Below, one piece after another: positions 14,101-25,690 of a stretch of DNA of 64,000 bases. The notes beneath the pieces were generated by a model, which was not told the origin of the DNA, searched no databases, and saw only the letters and a program-made list of their open reading frames with translations. Numbering within the stretch: the first letter of the stretch is position 1; each line of letters starts with the position of its first letter. The position numbers and the translations under genes were made by a program. This stretch comes from Octopus sinensis (lineage: Eukaryota): positions 24,118,001 through 24,182,000 of the forward strand of contig NC_043008.1 in NCBI RefSeq assembly GCF_006345805.1, read 5' to 3'.

Positions 14101-17100
14101 CATTAGTGACGTTAATCTTAATATATTATCGTCATCAACTCCTAGACATTAGTGATAGTAATCTTAATACAGTCATCAACTCCTGGATATTTGTGACGGT
14201 AATCTTAATATATTATCGTCATTAACCCCTAGACATTAGCGACGGTAATCTTAATATATCATCGTCATCAAGTCCTAGACATTAGTGACGGTAATCTTCA
14301 TATATTATCGTCATCAACTCCTACATATTACTGACGGTAATCTTAATATATTATCGTCCTCAACTCCTAGACATTATTGTCGGTAATCTTAATATATTAT
14401 CGTCATCAAATCCTGGGATTTAGTGACGGTAATCTTAATATATTATCGTCATCAACCTCTAGATATTTGTGATGGTAATCTTAATATATTATCATCATCA
14501 ACCAATAGACACTAGTGTCGGTAATCTTGATATATTATCGTCATCAACTCCGAAACATTAGTGACGACAATCGTAATATATATTCGTCATCAACCCCTAC
14601 ACATTAGTGACGGTAATCTTAATATATTATCGTTATGATCTCCTGTACATTAGTGACGGTAAACTTAATATATTATAATCTTAAATTATTATCGTCATCA
14701 ACCCCTAGACATTAGTGACGGTAATCTATATATATATATTATCTTCATCCACTCCTAGCCTTAGATGACTGTAATCTTTATATATAATCATCATCAACTC
14801 CTAGACATTAGTGAAGATAATCTTATTAAATTATCGTCATTAAAATCCTAGACATTAGGGACCGTAATCTTAATATATTATCGTCATCAAATCCTACACA
14901 TTAGTGACGGGAATCTTAATATATTATCGTCAACAACTCCTAGACATTAGTGACGGTAATCTCAATATATTATCGTCATCAACTCGTAGACATTATTGAT
15001 GGTAATCTTAATATATTATCGTCATCAATCCCTGGACATTAGTGACGGTAATCTTAATATATTATCTTCATCAGCCTCTAGACATTAGTGAAGGTAATCT
15101 TCATATATTATCATCATCAACTCCTAGACATTCGTGACGGTAATCTTAATATATTATCGTCATAAAATCCTAGACATTACTGACAGTAATCTTAACATAT
15201 GATCGTCATCAACTCCTTGACATTAGTGACGGTAATCTTAATATATTATCGTCATCAACTCCTAGACATTAGTGATAGTAATCTTAATATATTACAGTCA
15301 TCAACACCTGGATATTTGTGACGGTAATCTTAATATATTATCGTCATTAACCCCTAGACATTAGCGACGGTAATCTTAATATATTATCGTCTTCAAATCC
15401 TAGACATTTGTGACCGTAATCTTAATATATTATCGTCATCAACTCCTACATATTACTGACGGTAATCTTAATATATTATCATCAACCCCTAGACATCAGT
15501 GATGGTAATCTTAATATATTATCGTCATCATCTCCTGGACATTTATGACGGTAATCTTAATATATTATCGTCCTCAACTCCTAGACATTAGTGTCGGTAA
15601 TCTTAATGTATTTTCGTCATCAAATCCTGGAATTTAGTGACGGTAATCTTAATGTATTATCGTCATCAACCCCTGGATATTAGTGACGGTAATCTTAATA
15701 TATTATCTTCATAAACCTCTAGATATTTGTGATGATAATCTTAATATATTATCATCATCAACCAATAGACACTAGTGACGGTAATCTTGATATATTATCG
15801 TCATCAACTCCGAGACATTCGTGACGATAATCGAAATATATAATCGTCATCAACTCTTACGCATTAGTGACGGTAATCTTAATATAATATCGTTATGATC
15901 TCCTGTACATTAGTGACGGTAAACTTAATATATTATATTCTTAATATATTATCTTCCTCAACTCGTAGACATTAGTGACGGTAATCTCAATATATTATCG
16001 TCATCAACTCGTAGACATTAGTGATGGTAATCTTAATATATTATCGTCATCAACCTCTAGACATTAGTGATGGTAATCTTCATATATTATCATCATCAAC
16101 TCCTAGACATTAGTGACGGTTTTCTTAATATATTATCGTCATAAAATCCTAGACATTACTGACAGTAATCTTAATATATGATCGTCATCAACTCCTTGAC
16201 ATTAGAGACGGTAATCTTAATATATTATCGTCATCAACTCCTAGACATTAGTGATAGTAATCTTAATATATTACAGTCATCAAATCCTAGACATTAGTGA
16301 CGGTAATCTTAATATATTATCGTCATCAACTCCTACATATTAGTGACGGTAATCTTAATATATCATCGTCATCAACCCCCAGACATTAGTGACGGTAATC
16401 AACTACTGGAAAGTAGTGACGGTAATCTTAACATATTATCGTCCTCAACCACTCGTCTTTAGTGACGGTAAACTTAATATATTATCGTCTTCAAATCCTA
16501 GACAATTGTGACCGTAATCTTAATATATTATCGTCATCAACTCCTACATATTACTGACGGTAATCTTAATATATTATCGTCATCATCTCCTGGACATTTA
16601 TGACAGTAATCTTAATATATTATCGTCATCAACCTCTAGATATTTGTGATGGTAATCTCAATATATTATCATCATCAACCAATAGACACTAGTGTCGGTA
16701 ATCTTGATATATTATCGTCATCAACTCCGAGACATTAGTGACGGTAATCGTAATATATAATCGTCATCAACTCCTACACATTAGTGACGGTAATCTTAAT
16801 ATATTATCGTTATGATCTCCTGTACATTAGTGACGGTAAACTTAATATATTACAATCTTAATATATTATCGTCATCAACCTCTAGACATTAGTGACGGTA
16901 ATCTATATATATATTATCTTCATCCACTCCTAGCCTTAGAGTGACGGTAATCTTAATATATAATCATCATCAACCCCTTGACACTAGTAACGGTAATCTT
17001 GATATATTATCATCATCAACTCCTAGACATTAGTGACGGTAATCTTAATATATTATCGTCATCAACTCCTACACATTAGCGACGGTAATCTTAATATATT

Positions 17101-17412
17101 ATCGTCATCCACTACTAGACAGAGTGACGTTAATCTTAATATATTATCGTCATCAACTATACATTAGTGACGGTAATTTTAATGTATTATTGTCATCAAC
17201 TCCTAGGCATTAGTGACGATAATCGTAAAATATAATCCTCATCAACACCTACACATTAGTGAAGGTAATCTTAATATGTTATCGTCATCATATCCTAGAC
17301 ATTAGTGACGGTAATCTTAATATATTTTCGTCATTAACCCATAAACATTAGCGACGGTAATCTTAATATATTATCGTCGTCAACTCCTGGACATTAATGA
17401 CGGTAATCTTAA
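5137..17412. repeat. 46-bp tandem satellite, ~267 monomers, consensus GACATTAGTGACGGTAATCTTAATATATTATCGTCATCAACTCCTA
   Basis: The monomer is readable continuously for ~12.3 kb. It has an internal dyad, TGACGGTAAT-N8-ATTATCGTCA. Diagnostic variants recur at multiples of 46 bp. Confidence 0.98.
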
Positions 17413-17600
17413 TCTCTTATTATAAAAGGCAGACTTTATCTACCTCCCTTTGTCACTTATAGAAATCTACAATATAGGATTTCTTCAATTACAATTTACC
17501 TAGCATTTTTAAGAGTAGAATGCATCGGGTCATGCCAGGTTCAGTTTTTCAAATTTAAACTCCAATTAAGCAGAATTTACAGAAAACTCACATTCTGGTG
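17413..17600 (+). mobile_element. Helitron-like 5' end abutting the satellite
   Basis: A^TCTCTTATTATAAAAGGC resembles the TC..TATAAAA 5' ends of the neighbouring Helitron modules. No matching 3' end was found, and the right coordinate is approximate. Confidence 0.4.
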
Positions 17601-17880
17601 TGTATGTCAAATGCTTTTCTTAATGTGGTTTACACCACACGCACACACACAATGTGCAACGAATAAAATGAAAGTAATTCACTGTGTGTGTGTTGACAGG
17701 TAGACAATAGAATGCGATGGCGATGGCGATGTAATATTTGTTTCTGTCTATCACGCTGATAGATACATGAGTAAAATGTATGGCAAGCTAAGAGATAAGA
17801 GTGAGTGAAAATGTTCTTGGAAGAGAGTAAATAGCGAGAGTGATTTGAGGAAGACTTTACATTAAATAACCGTAGTGGCT

Positions 17881-18150
17881 ACATAAGACAGTAAGGTTTG
17901 ACTTGAGGGAGATTTGGCTGCTATTTCTACCATGTCTAGCTGCCATGTAGGGGTCTCCCTCATAGGCTCATACATACATATATACATAGATAAGACAGTA
18001 AGGTGTGATTTGGGGGAAATTTGGCTGCTATTTCTACCAGGTCTAGCTACTATGTAGAGATCCCCCTCATTGGCTCATATATATATATACATACATAAGA
18101 CAGTAAGGTGTGATTTGAGGGAGATTTGGCTGCTGTTTCTACCAGGTCTG
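17881..18150. repeat. Three tandem ~106-bp units (ataagacagtaaggtgtgatttgagggagatttggctgctatttctacc)
   Basis: Units start at ~17883, 17990 and 18095; the third is truncated. Confidence 0.9.
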
Positions 18151-18234
18151 TTAGGCCTTCTCATGTAAACTCAAGCTTTCTCATGCCTTGAACATAAGAC
18201 CAAAGCAGAGAATGTATTCTTTTATTCTTCTGCT

Positions 18235-18500
18235 TTTTCCAGCCATTGGTCTGTGGCCATGCTGGGGCAATGCCTTGAAGAATTGTAGTTTAATGAATCA
18301 ACTCCAGTTTTATTTTTGTAAGCATTGTACTTATTCTATCTGTTTCCTTTGTGAAACCACTAGGTGACATGGATGTAAACAAACCAACATTCGTTGTCAA
18401 GCAGTGGTGGAGGACAATCACAAGCACAGACACGCACACACACACACATACATGCATACACATATACACACATACATACATACATACATACATACATACA

Positions 18501-18536
<36 letters not shown>

Positions 18537-18545
18537 TATGTGTGT
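18235..18545 (-). mobile_element. Degraded SINE 3' part with associated (CA)/(TACA)/(TA) microsatellite
   Basis: Homologous to 28111-28320 (tgtggccatgctggggca...gtacttattctatc...gtcaagc...ggacaa). Confidence 0.7.
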
Positions 18546-18554
18546 ATATATATA

Positions 18555-18813
18555 TTGCAGCGTGGAAGGTGTTTGTAAGCCATTTAAGAAACACACAAAA
18601 ACCGTTAGATTCACTTCAACATTTAAATTTAATTTGCCAAAATATTTTCCTCGCTTTGAGACCGCGACCTGTTCACTGAAAAAAATATCGTGCTAACAGG
18701 TCGCGGTCTCAAAGCGACGAAAATATTTTGACAAATTAAATTTAAATGTTGAAGTGAATCTAACGGTTTTTGTGTGTTTCTTAAATGGCTTATAAGCACC
18801 TTCAACGCTGCAA
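18555..18813. mobile_element. Foldback MITE, ~259 bp, ~119-bp inverted arms with a 21-bp spacer
   Basis: ttgcagcgtggaaggtg...gagaccgcgacctgtt / aacaggtcgcggtctc...caccttcaacgctgcaa; few mismatches. Confidence 0.9.
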
Positions 18814-18874
18814 CTGTTTTCGTTCCAGCACACGATCTCAGATCAAGTCACTTGCTATGCAAGTACATCTCTGT

Positions 18875-18885
18875 AACTATATATA

Positions 18886-18970
<85 letters not shown>

Positions 18971-18972
18971 AT
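18875..18972. repeat. (TA)n(TG)n microsatellite
   Basis: Direct reading. Confidence 0.95.
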
Positions 18973-19037
18973 ATTGGTAAAAACAGTAAGATAACAAAAG
19001 AAAGAAAGAGACCTCAATATTATGTAAATAGAGGAAA

Positions 19038-19431
19038 TCTTTATATATAAAAGTGAGGTTGTGTGTCTGTCTCCTACGATTTAGATTCCTAACTACTCCC
19101 ACATTTTGCGGTGCAGTTTAACCAAAACCGGGTATCTTATAGTCGTGATTCATATCGAGACCGTCTGGGTATTAGCGCGCGTCTACGATGAGTCTACGAT
19201 TTAAAAAAAAATTTACCATCAATTTTTCCCATTTTTAATCCATTTTTGACATATATAAGGGAAGTAACTCTCTAAAATTTATTATTAAATCTCAGAACGT
19301 AAAAAGCTACAGTAACACCCCTCCCCTTTGTGGTTAGCCATATTGAGATGGCTATTATACTTTACATCTCTAAAAATGCTTATATAATTATTTCCCTTAC
19401 AAACCCGAGCAACGCCGGGCGATACTGCTAG
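19038..19431 (+). mobile_element. Non-autonomous Helitron (~394 bp)
   Basis: 5' A^TCTTTATATATAAAAG; 3' GC-rich hairpin cccgagcaacgccggg (19404-19419) followed 8 nt later by CTAG^T. It sits between A and T with no TSD. Confidence 0.85.
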
Positions 19432-20007
19432 TATATTATAAATGTGAAATGCGAAAAGTTTGCTTGTTTGTCTTGTTTTGGCATTGAGAACGGGTTAAAG
19501 GCCACTAGACCCCGCCGGATTGACTCCAAAATTTACAGGGACATGTAAAATGAGGTGAGGATGCGATTGGGCTCTGTTAGAAATCCCCATCTTATTTCAC
19601 CACCACCACCACCACACAATCATCTCAACAAGTATTATGAATCAGCTATTTATTGGGTTAATTTATATATATGTGTGTGTGTGTGTGTGTGTTCTATATA
19701 TAAATATGTATATATAATGTATATATACAAAAATGTATATATCTGTATTTATGTATATCAAATTTTTTAATACTTTTTGACAGTTACATATTTTTTAAAA
19801 AATTATAAATATAAATTAATAATTTTAATTTTAAATTCAAATAATTTAAATTTTTAAATTTTATATTTTATATATTTTGTATATTATATTTTTATTTTTA
19901 TGCTTTGGTTTGTTTTTCACTGTTTTATTTGCCTAATAGTGGTTTTATCTCTAATTTAATTTATATATATATATATATATAATTTGTATACATTTGTATA
20001 TATAATG

Positions 20008-20048
<41 letters not shown>

Positions 20049-21700
20049 CAATTTGTTGCCGTCCATGATAAAGAAATTTTGAATGCTTGCCATTGTGAGT
20101 CTACTGTCGTGAGAAAGAATCACTTCAAAGCTTGGTGTTTACATCAAGTTCAAAATCTTACGCCAGCCGTTAAATTGCCACCACGTTGCTGTCCGTCGTT
20201 AAGAAATGCCAGTCATGGTGACTCTACTATCCTCAGATTCTATCCCTTCAAACTATGGTTTCCAATATTTTTTTTAATTTTTATTCAGCTCGCAAGTTCG
20301 TCTATCCCTTTTAAATGTTAGTATTTTGCTGTCTGCCTTGAAGCAGACCTTTCCGTTGTCACTGCCTGATATCTATGATTGATCTTTCAAAATATTTTCT
20401 TTCTCAACTTACTCAAGATCGTTTTTTGTTTATAAATGGGAGAGTGATAGATAGAGAAAGATAGAGAGTAAGAGAAAGTGAGGGAGAGTCCGAGAGAAAG
20501 GAAGAGTAAGAGAGTGGAAAAGTGAGAGAGGAAGGAGAGAGAAACAAAGAGGGAGAACGTGGTGATAAAAAACAGAAAGGAAGCAATAGAAAGTAACAAC
20601 CACACTCTTACCCGCGCGTAGAGCGGGTCATCTTATGCTAGTCAATATCTATAAAACTGAAATGTGAAAAAGTTGTTTGATTTCTTGGTTATTTGTCTCC
20701 TTTTGGGATGGGAATGGTTCAAGGGGCGGTAGATGGAGTCGGATTTGCGCCACAATTTACACTGGGGGTAAAGTGGTGTGGGCAATGGTGTGAGGAGGTT
20801 TGCAAGTTGCTCGGGGCTACCGTTTGGTTGCCATGGTGAGGAATATGGGAAAATTTGTGTTTTATAGGATAGACAGGTGGCGCTGTTTGAATAATGGTAG
20901 CTTTTCGTATTGCTGCAGGGGCTAGAGGCGGTTATCTTTAATCTAATCTATAAAATGAAGAAAGCGAACGTTGATACAAATTGGATTTTTGGGGTCTAAA
21001 TGGGGCTGGGATGGGATTAAAATTTACAGGAGGGGGTAACTTTATGTGAGAAATTGATTGGGTGAGGTTTTGGGGCGCTACAGTGGTTACTTTGCAGTGA
21101 AAACGGAGATTTTATTGATTTTGGGGGACACTTGGGGGTCTAGATTTGACACCTTTTAACCGATTTCAATCAAATTTTCAACATGGTAAAGTGGAAGCGG
21201 ATTTGTAATTTAAGCGCGGAAAATAGGTTCGAAATCTTGAAAATTAAGGCAAGATCTTTGAAGTTGAAAGAAATTTCTCATTTTTACGTATTTTTGCCTT
21301 TTATTTTTTATTGTTTACGTGTTTAGAGCATGGTCAATCGTCGAAAAATTCCCAAAATAAGTACTAAATTTAACAAAGAAATCCTTTTTTTCCTTATTTT
21401 TAATCTCTCAAATAGTGGCACGTACAAAAGGCAAGTGTGCTTTCCGTTGTCACTGCCTGATATTTATGATTGATCTTTCAAAATATTTTCTTTCTCAACT
21501 TATCTTTTGTTTTTTATAAATGGGAGAGAGAGAGATAGAGAAAGATAGAGAGTAAGAGAAAGCGAGGGAGAGTCCGAGAGAAAGGAAGAGTAAGAGAGTG
21601 GGAAAGTGAGAGAGAAACTAAGAGGGAGAATGTGGCGATAAGAAACAGAAAGTAACAACCACACCCTCACACCCGCATAGAGCAGGTCACCTTAAGCTAG
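19432..21700 (+). mobile_element. Tandem/composite Helitron-like modules
   Basis: There are two further hairpin+CTAG^T 3' ends: acccgcgcgtagagcgggt..CTAG at 20638-20641 and acccgcatagagcaggt..CTAG at 21697-21700. 5'-like starts occur at 19432 (tatattataaatgtgaaatg), 20648 (tctataaaactg) and 20942 (tctaatctataaaatg). Direct repeats lie at 20349-20642 and 21440-21701. Confidence 0.75.
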
Positions 21701-22619
21701 TTATTAAATATTTTTGCATATGTAGGGTTTTTAAAGTTTTTATTAATAATCATTCTGGTGGATCTAATAAAGTTCGATTTTAAGTATTTTGCAATGGGTA
21801 TTATTATCCGAATGATTTTCTCGTTGTCTGCTTTGGTAAAGAATTAGGTTATATTCAGAGAGTCAAATCTTTTCATACATGGTATAGATTTCTTTTTCAC
21901 TATGTTGTTTTTATTCTTATCAATTAGAGTATTATGGATATTCATATCATTATAGTAAATTGTCTTATTTTGATTATTCCTGTTTTTTCTGTTTGCTGCC
22001 TTAATGTTCCTATCTTCATATTTTATTATACAGTTGTGGTGTATGTTGCCAGTATTTATAGGAAGGTGGTAATTATTAAAATTTATATTCTTTTTCTGAG
22101 TTGTATTTCTGTTGTGGTGCTCATAATACTTGAGTTTTTTTTAATTTTTGCATTGTTATTATAATGATGATAGTAGTGTTTATTGTTGATGTTATGTTTA
22201 TGACTATTATTGGGAGTTTTCGTTATTTGCTTATTAGGATATACTATTTCATTATTATATGTATTAGCTTCACTAATTTTAACTTTATTATTTTTGTAAT
22301 TATACTAGTACTGTCATTTTTGTTATACTTAATTTCATATTTTTATCCTGCCTTGTGCACCGGACAATTAGTATTTATGTATGTAACCTTACAATAAAAA
22401 GAAAAACAAGAATCTTGTAAATACAGCTACCCAGGGCTTCCTGGTCGAAATGATAATTTATTTCACCATTTATCAAGCTGAAAACAAGACCGTTTGTCAG
22501 TTGTCTTTTGAGCAGATAACATTTAGACAAGAGACGTTGATAAGGAAGAAGACAAGAAGAAAAACACAAGGGAGATAACCAACATTACAATAATTTGGTG
22601 TCAAGCTGACTTAATAGTT

Positions 22620-23020
22620 TACTAATTGTCCGGTGGCCTATTTTTAAATTCTGACAAGATGAATTTCTTGAAACGCAGACACAGAAAAAATCACGTTCCT
22701 CGAATTTACGTGTTCGTTGGCGGTTCTCAAGTTTTTAAAGAGATACAGTTGGACCCGTTAATATAGGGGCTGGATTTGGAGGAAGATTTTGTATTTCATG
22801 TCGAAACTGGTCCCTTTGTCTTTAAATTTCCAGATTAAAGCTGAAACGGTTGTTGAATGTCTGTTATCACGGACCCTAAAATTCGAGATATAGTTGTTAT
22901 ATCTGGATTTAAATCTTGCTTCCACGGCTCCGATATAACGTACAACTGTTGACGTAGTTCGCTGAAATATGTACTTCATAAACAACGAAATATATATCAC
23001 ACTCCTATCCTAAAGGACAT
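22620..23020 (-). mobile_element. Penelope-like element, degraded GIY-YIG endonuclease C-terminus
   Basis: ORF 22758-23000 reads YIGAVEARFKSRYNNYISNFR...STTVSALIWKFKDKG...KYKI, matching the PLE GIY-YIG pattern. It continues to KFILSEFKNRPPDN* near 22622. Confidence 0.75.
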
Positions 23021-23239
23021 TTAGATTTGTCTCTATATGTGCATTCTGGACATATTTAGAGACAAATTTATTGCTTATTGATATATGATTTAACATTAGG
23101 GGGTCAAGAAAAAGGTAACTTTTATAGGTGCATTGCAGGCTTTTTGGGGACATTTTAGGAGAGGCCGTTATTATTGGGATAGATTATTGTAGATTTTGTA
23201 TATCATCACTATACATCTAATAAGCTAACTTTTGTTATT

Positions 23240-23920
23240 TCAGATTGAAGGAGGCGGCTGTAACAGAAATTTTTACACACTCTACTAAATACTGCTTGTC
23301 ACAGCCTCTTTCATCTTCTCAACGTCTTCAAAATGATTAGCTCGAGGTTTCCCTTCAGCGTGGGGGAACAGTCAAATGTCACTGGGAATAAAAGTTGGAC
23401 TCTAGAGAGGGTGAAAGACAGTTTTACTGCCCATCTTTGTCAAGTAGTTGCCTACCACAATGCTTGTCACTGAGCACCCTGGGAATAATCTTCGCGCAAG
23501 TTTTGCTTATGTTCGGATCTTCATGAATAATTCCGTGAGCAATTGCCATACCAACCCCAGACTATATGCCCATTGTTCTTATAGACCACACCAACTCCAA
23601 ACTGTATGCTCATCGTCCTTTAGACAAACGACGGTTCTTTTCCAGAAAATTACTAATTTTCTCAACCAACTCTGACGTTCTGATGTCCCTCCGGTTTTCA
23701 CACCTTTCATCGTCTTTTACCTTATCTCTACCGTCCTCCAGCCTTTTTTGCCTGCAAAAAAGTTAATCCATAAGCACTCTGGAATATTCCATAAGTTTCT
23801 GTGGCTGTTTTACTCAGTTTATCACAAAACTGTGTTGCATAGCAAGCTTCCAAACGTCCCACTGCTTTCTGCACACTAATCAGTTTTGACAAGCAGCGGG
23901 TGTGTTCAAAGTGTTGTTAC
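23240..23920 (-). mobile_element. Internally deleted mariner transposase relic
   Basis: Minus-strand translation across frameshifts gives KLSKTATETYGIFQSAYG, VKDDER..RTSELVEKI, GIIHEDPNISKTCAKIIPRVL, then LFPTLKGNLRANHFEDVEKMKEAV. Confidence 0.75.
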
Positions 23921-23949
23921 AGCTGAAAGAAAGAAAGTGACTGACAGAA

Positions 23950-24120
23950 AGTATATGTCCTGGCTATGACTTTAAACTGCATCCAGTAGTGGGGTTCTTG
24001 TTCGGGAGTTCCAGGGATTTGAAGAGTGTGGAAACACATCTTAGCCACTATTGTTCCCAGGTCTACTTGGGCCGGAGTATCAGAACCTTTTAGAGTCACA
24101 AATATGGGTTAATTAGGAAA
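23950..24120. mobile_element. Interspersed SINE-like repeat fragment
   Basis: The pattern tatgactttaaactgcatcc...gagtgtgga...ttgttcccaggtctact resembles an abundant octopus repeat from memory; not verified. Confidence 0.35.
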
Positions 24121-25597
24121 TCAATCGGTTACATAGAGCTCGTTAACTAGGAAGACAACACACCGACAAGAAGGAATAGGCTAACTCCAAAACTCTGCTG
24201 CCTTACAGCCACACCCAGCTTTTAAGGTTGTTTCGGGAGTAAACATTGCGGAAAAATCGGAAATGGAGGCTCCTGAGGCAGTTCAATATTGTCTACAACC
24301 TCGTTCTGGCATCTTCTGCGACGACGATGACACCAAATTGGAACGACCATGCTGTTCTTTGGATCGATCATTGATATGGAGAGCAAGAACACGCTGCATG
24401 GCAACAACATGTCTTCCATATCGTACAATAAAGTGTTCCTCAGGAAACGCTTTATTGTATCAAGTTAGAGACAGCTATGTCATTATATAGGTGTAATTTT
24501 ATACAATAACGAGTTCTCTGAGAATCTGTTGTGGTTTAGCATTTATACCCATTTAGAATTTCTATCGTAGGGTTCCTAAACACTATAATGGTGAGACACG
24601 CATTAGAGCTTGAATATAGATTTGTGTTTATGCTTATTTTTGTGTTTATGTTTACATTTGCTCTGTAACGCGTAACTGGTAATACAACTCGGTATACTGG
24701 TTAATTAGCAAATATACGGAAAGCAGACTTGATAATGAAAATCTACGTGAAGCTCTAAACATAACAGTAGCAGTCACGCATCTACTTGTACACATAATTT
24801 CTAATTCAATATATGTGTGTGCGCGCACGCGCGTGTGTACATATGCATATATAATTACATATCAATTTACTACAGTTCAATATTGCTGACATATTAGAAT
24901 CATACGTACAAGTATAAGCAGCAAGCTTACACACACACTCACACACACAGATGAGCAACACACGCACACACTCACACACAGACACACACACAAACACACA
25001 TACACACACATGTGTACACACAGGTATATCCTTGTATGAAAGAGGAATAAAAGAGAAAAGAATATGATAAAATATATTCAGGCAATTCACACAAATGTAC
25101 ATAAACGATTACGCATGCATATATATATATTTATATATTTATACACATTTATATACGTATATATATATATATATATATATATATACGTTTATATGTGTGT
25201 GTGTGTGTGTGTTTGTATATATATATATATATATATACATTGACAGAGCTTTTCGGATCATGCCCACATGTGACTAAATTTCTGTTACGTTTTTGGTCCC
25301 CTAAAGAAAACAGATAGAACATGCTTTCTATGTTATGTCCCAAGAAGAATTTATATATTTTTATATATTTTTAGATATTTTTTATGTATTTTTATATAAT
25401 TTTTATGACGAAAAATGCGAGTGATGTATAAGTACGCAGGCAAGCAGAGTTATAACAGAGTAATTTCCCTTTATTTAACGGTATTTTTTCATAGCGTTTT
25501 CAAATAGCCAGATAACCGAAGAGATGGTATTGTGTATTTCCACTTCGGCATCTGAAACTCAGAGTTTTATCTTGACTACCGAGTAATGTAACATATT

Positions 25598-25599
<2 letters not shown>

Positions 25600-25688
<89 letters not shown>
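25600..25688. repeat. (TA)n microsatellite at the outer edge of the left palindrome arm
   Basis: Direct reading. Confidence 0.97.

Positions 25689-25690
<2 letters not shown>

Noticed and set aside
5137-17412. CRISPR-like look: 28-bp palindromic repeat plus 18-bp variable spacer
   Set aside because: The spacers are all point variants of one sequence and recur in blocks, they are too short and not unique, there are no cas genes, and the context is eukaryotic. It is a satellite.
21934-22397. Hydrophobic ORFs resembling membrane or mitochondrial proteins (possible NUMT)
   Set aside because: T-rich low-complexity DNA gives I/F/L/V bias, and no recognisable mitochondrial protein motif is present.
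24200-24490. Higher-complexity segment with ORFs on both strands, possible host exon
   Set aside because: No recognisable domain in any frame and no partner exons. It cannot be supported without RNA-seq or homology search.
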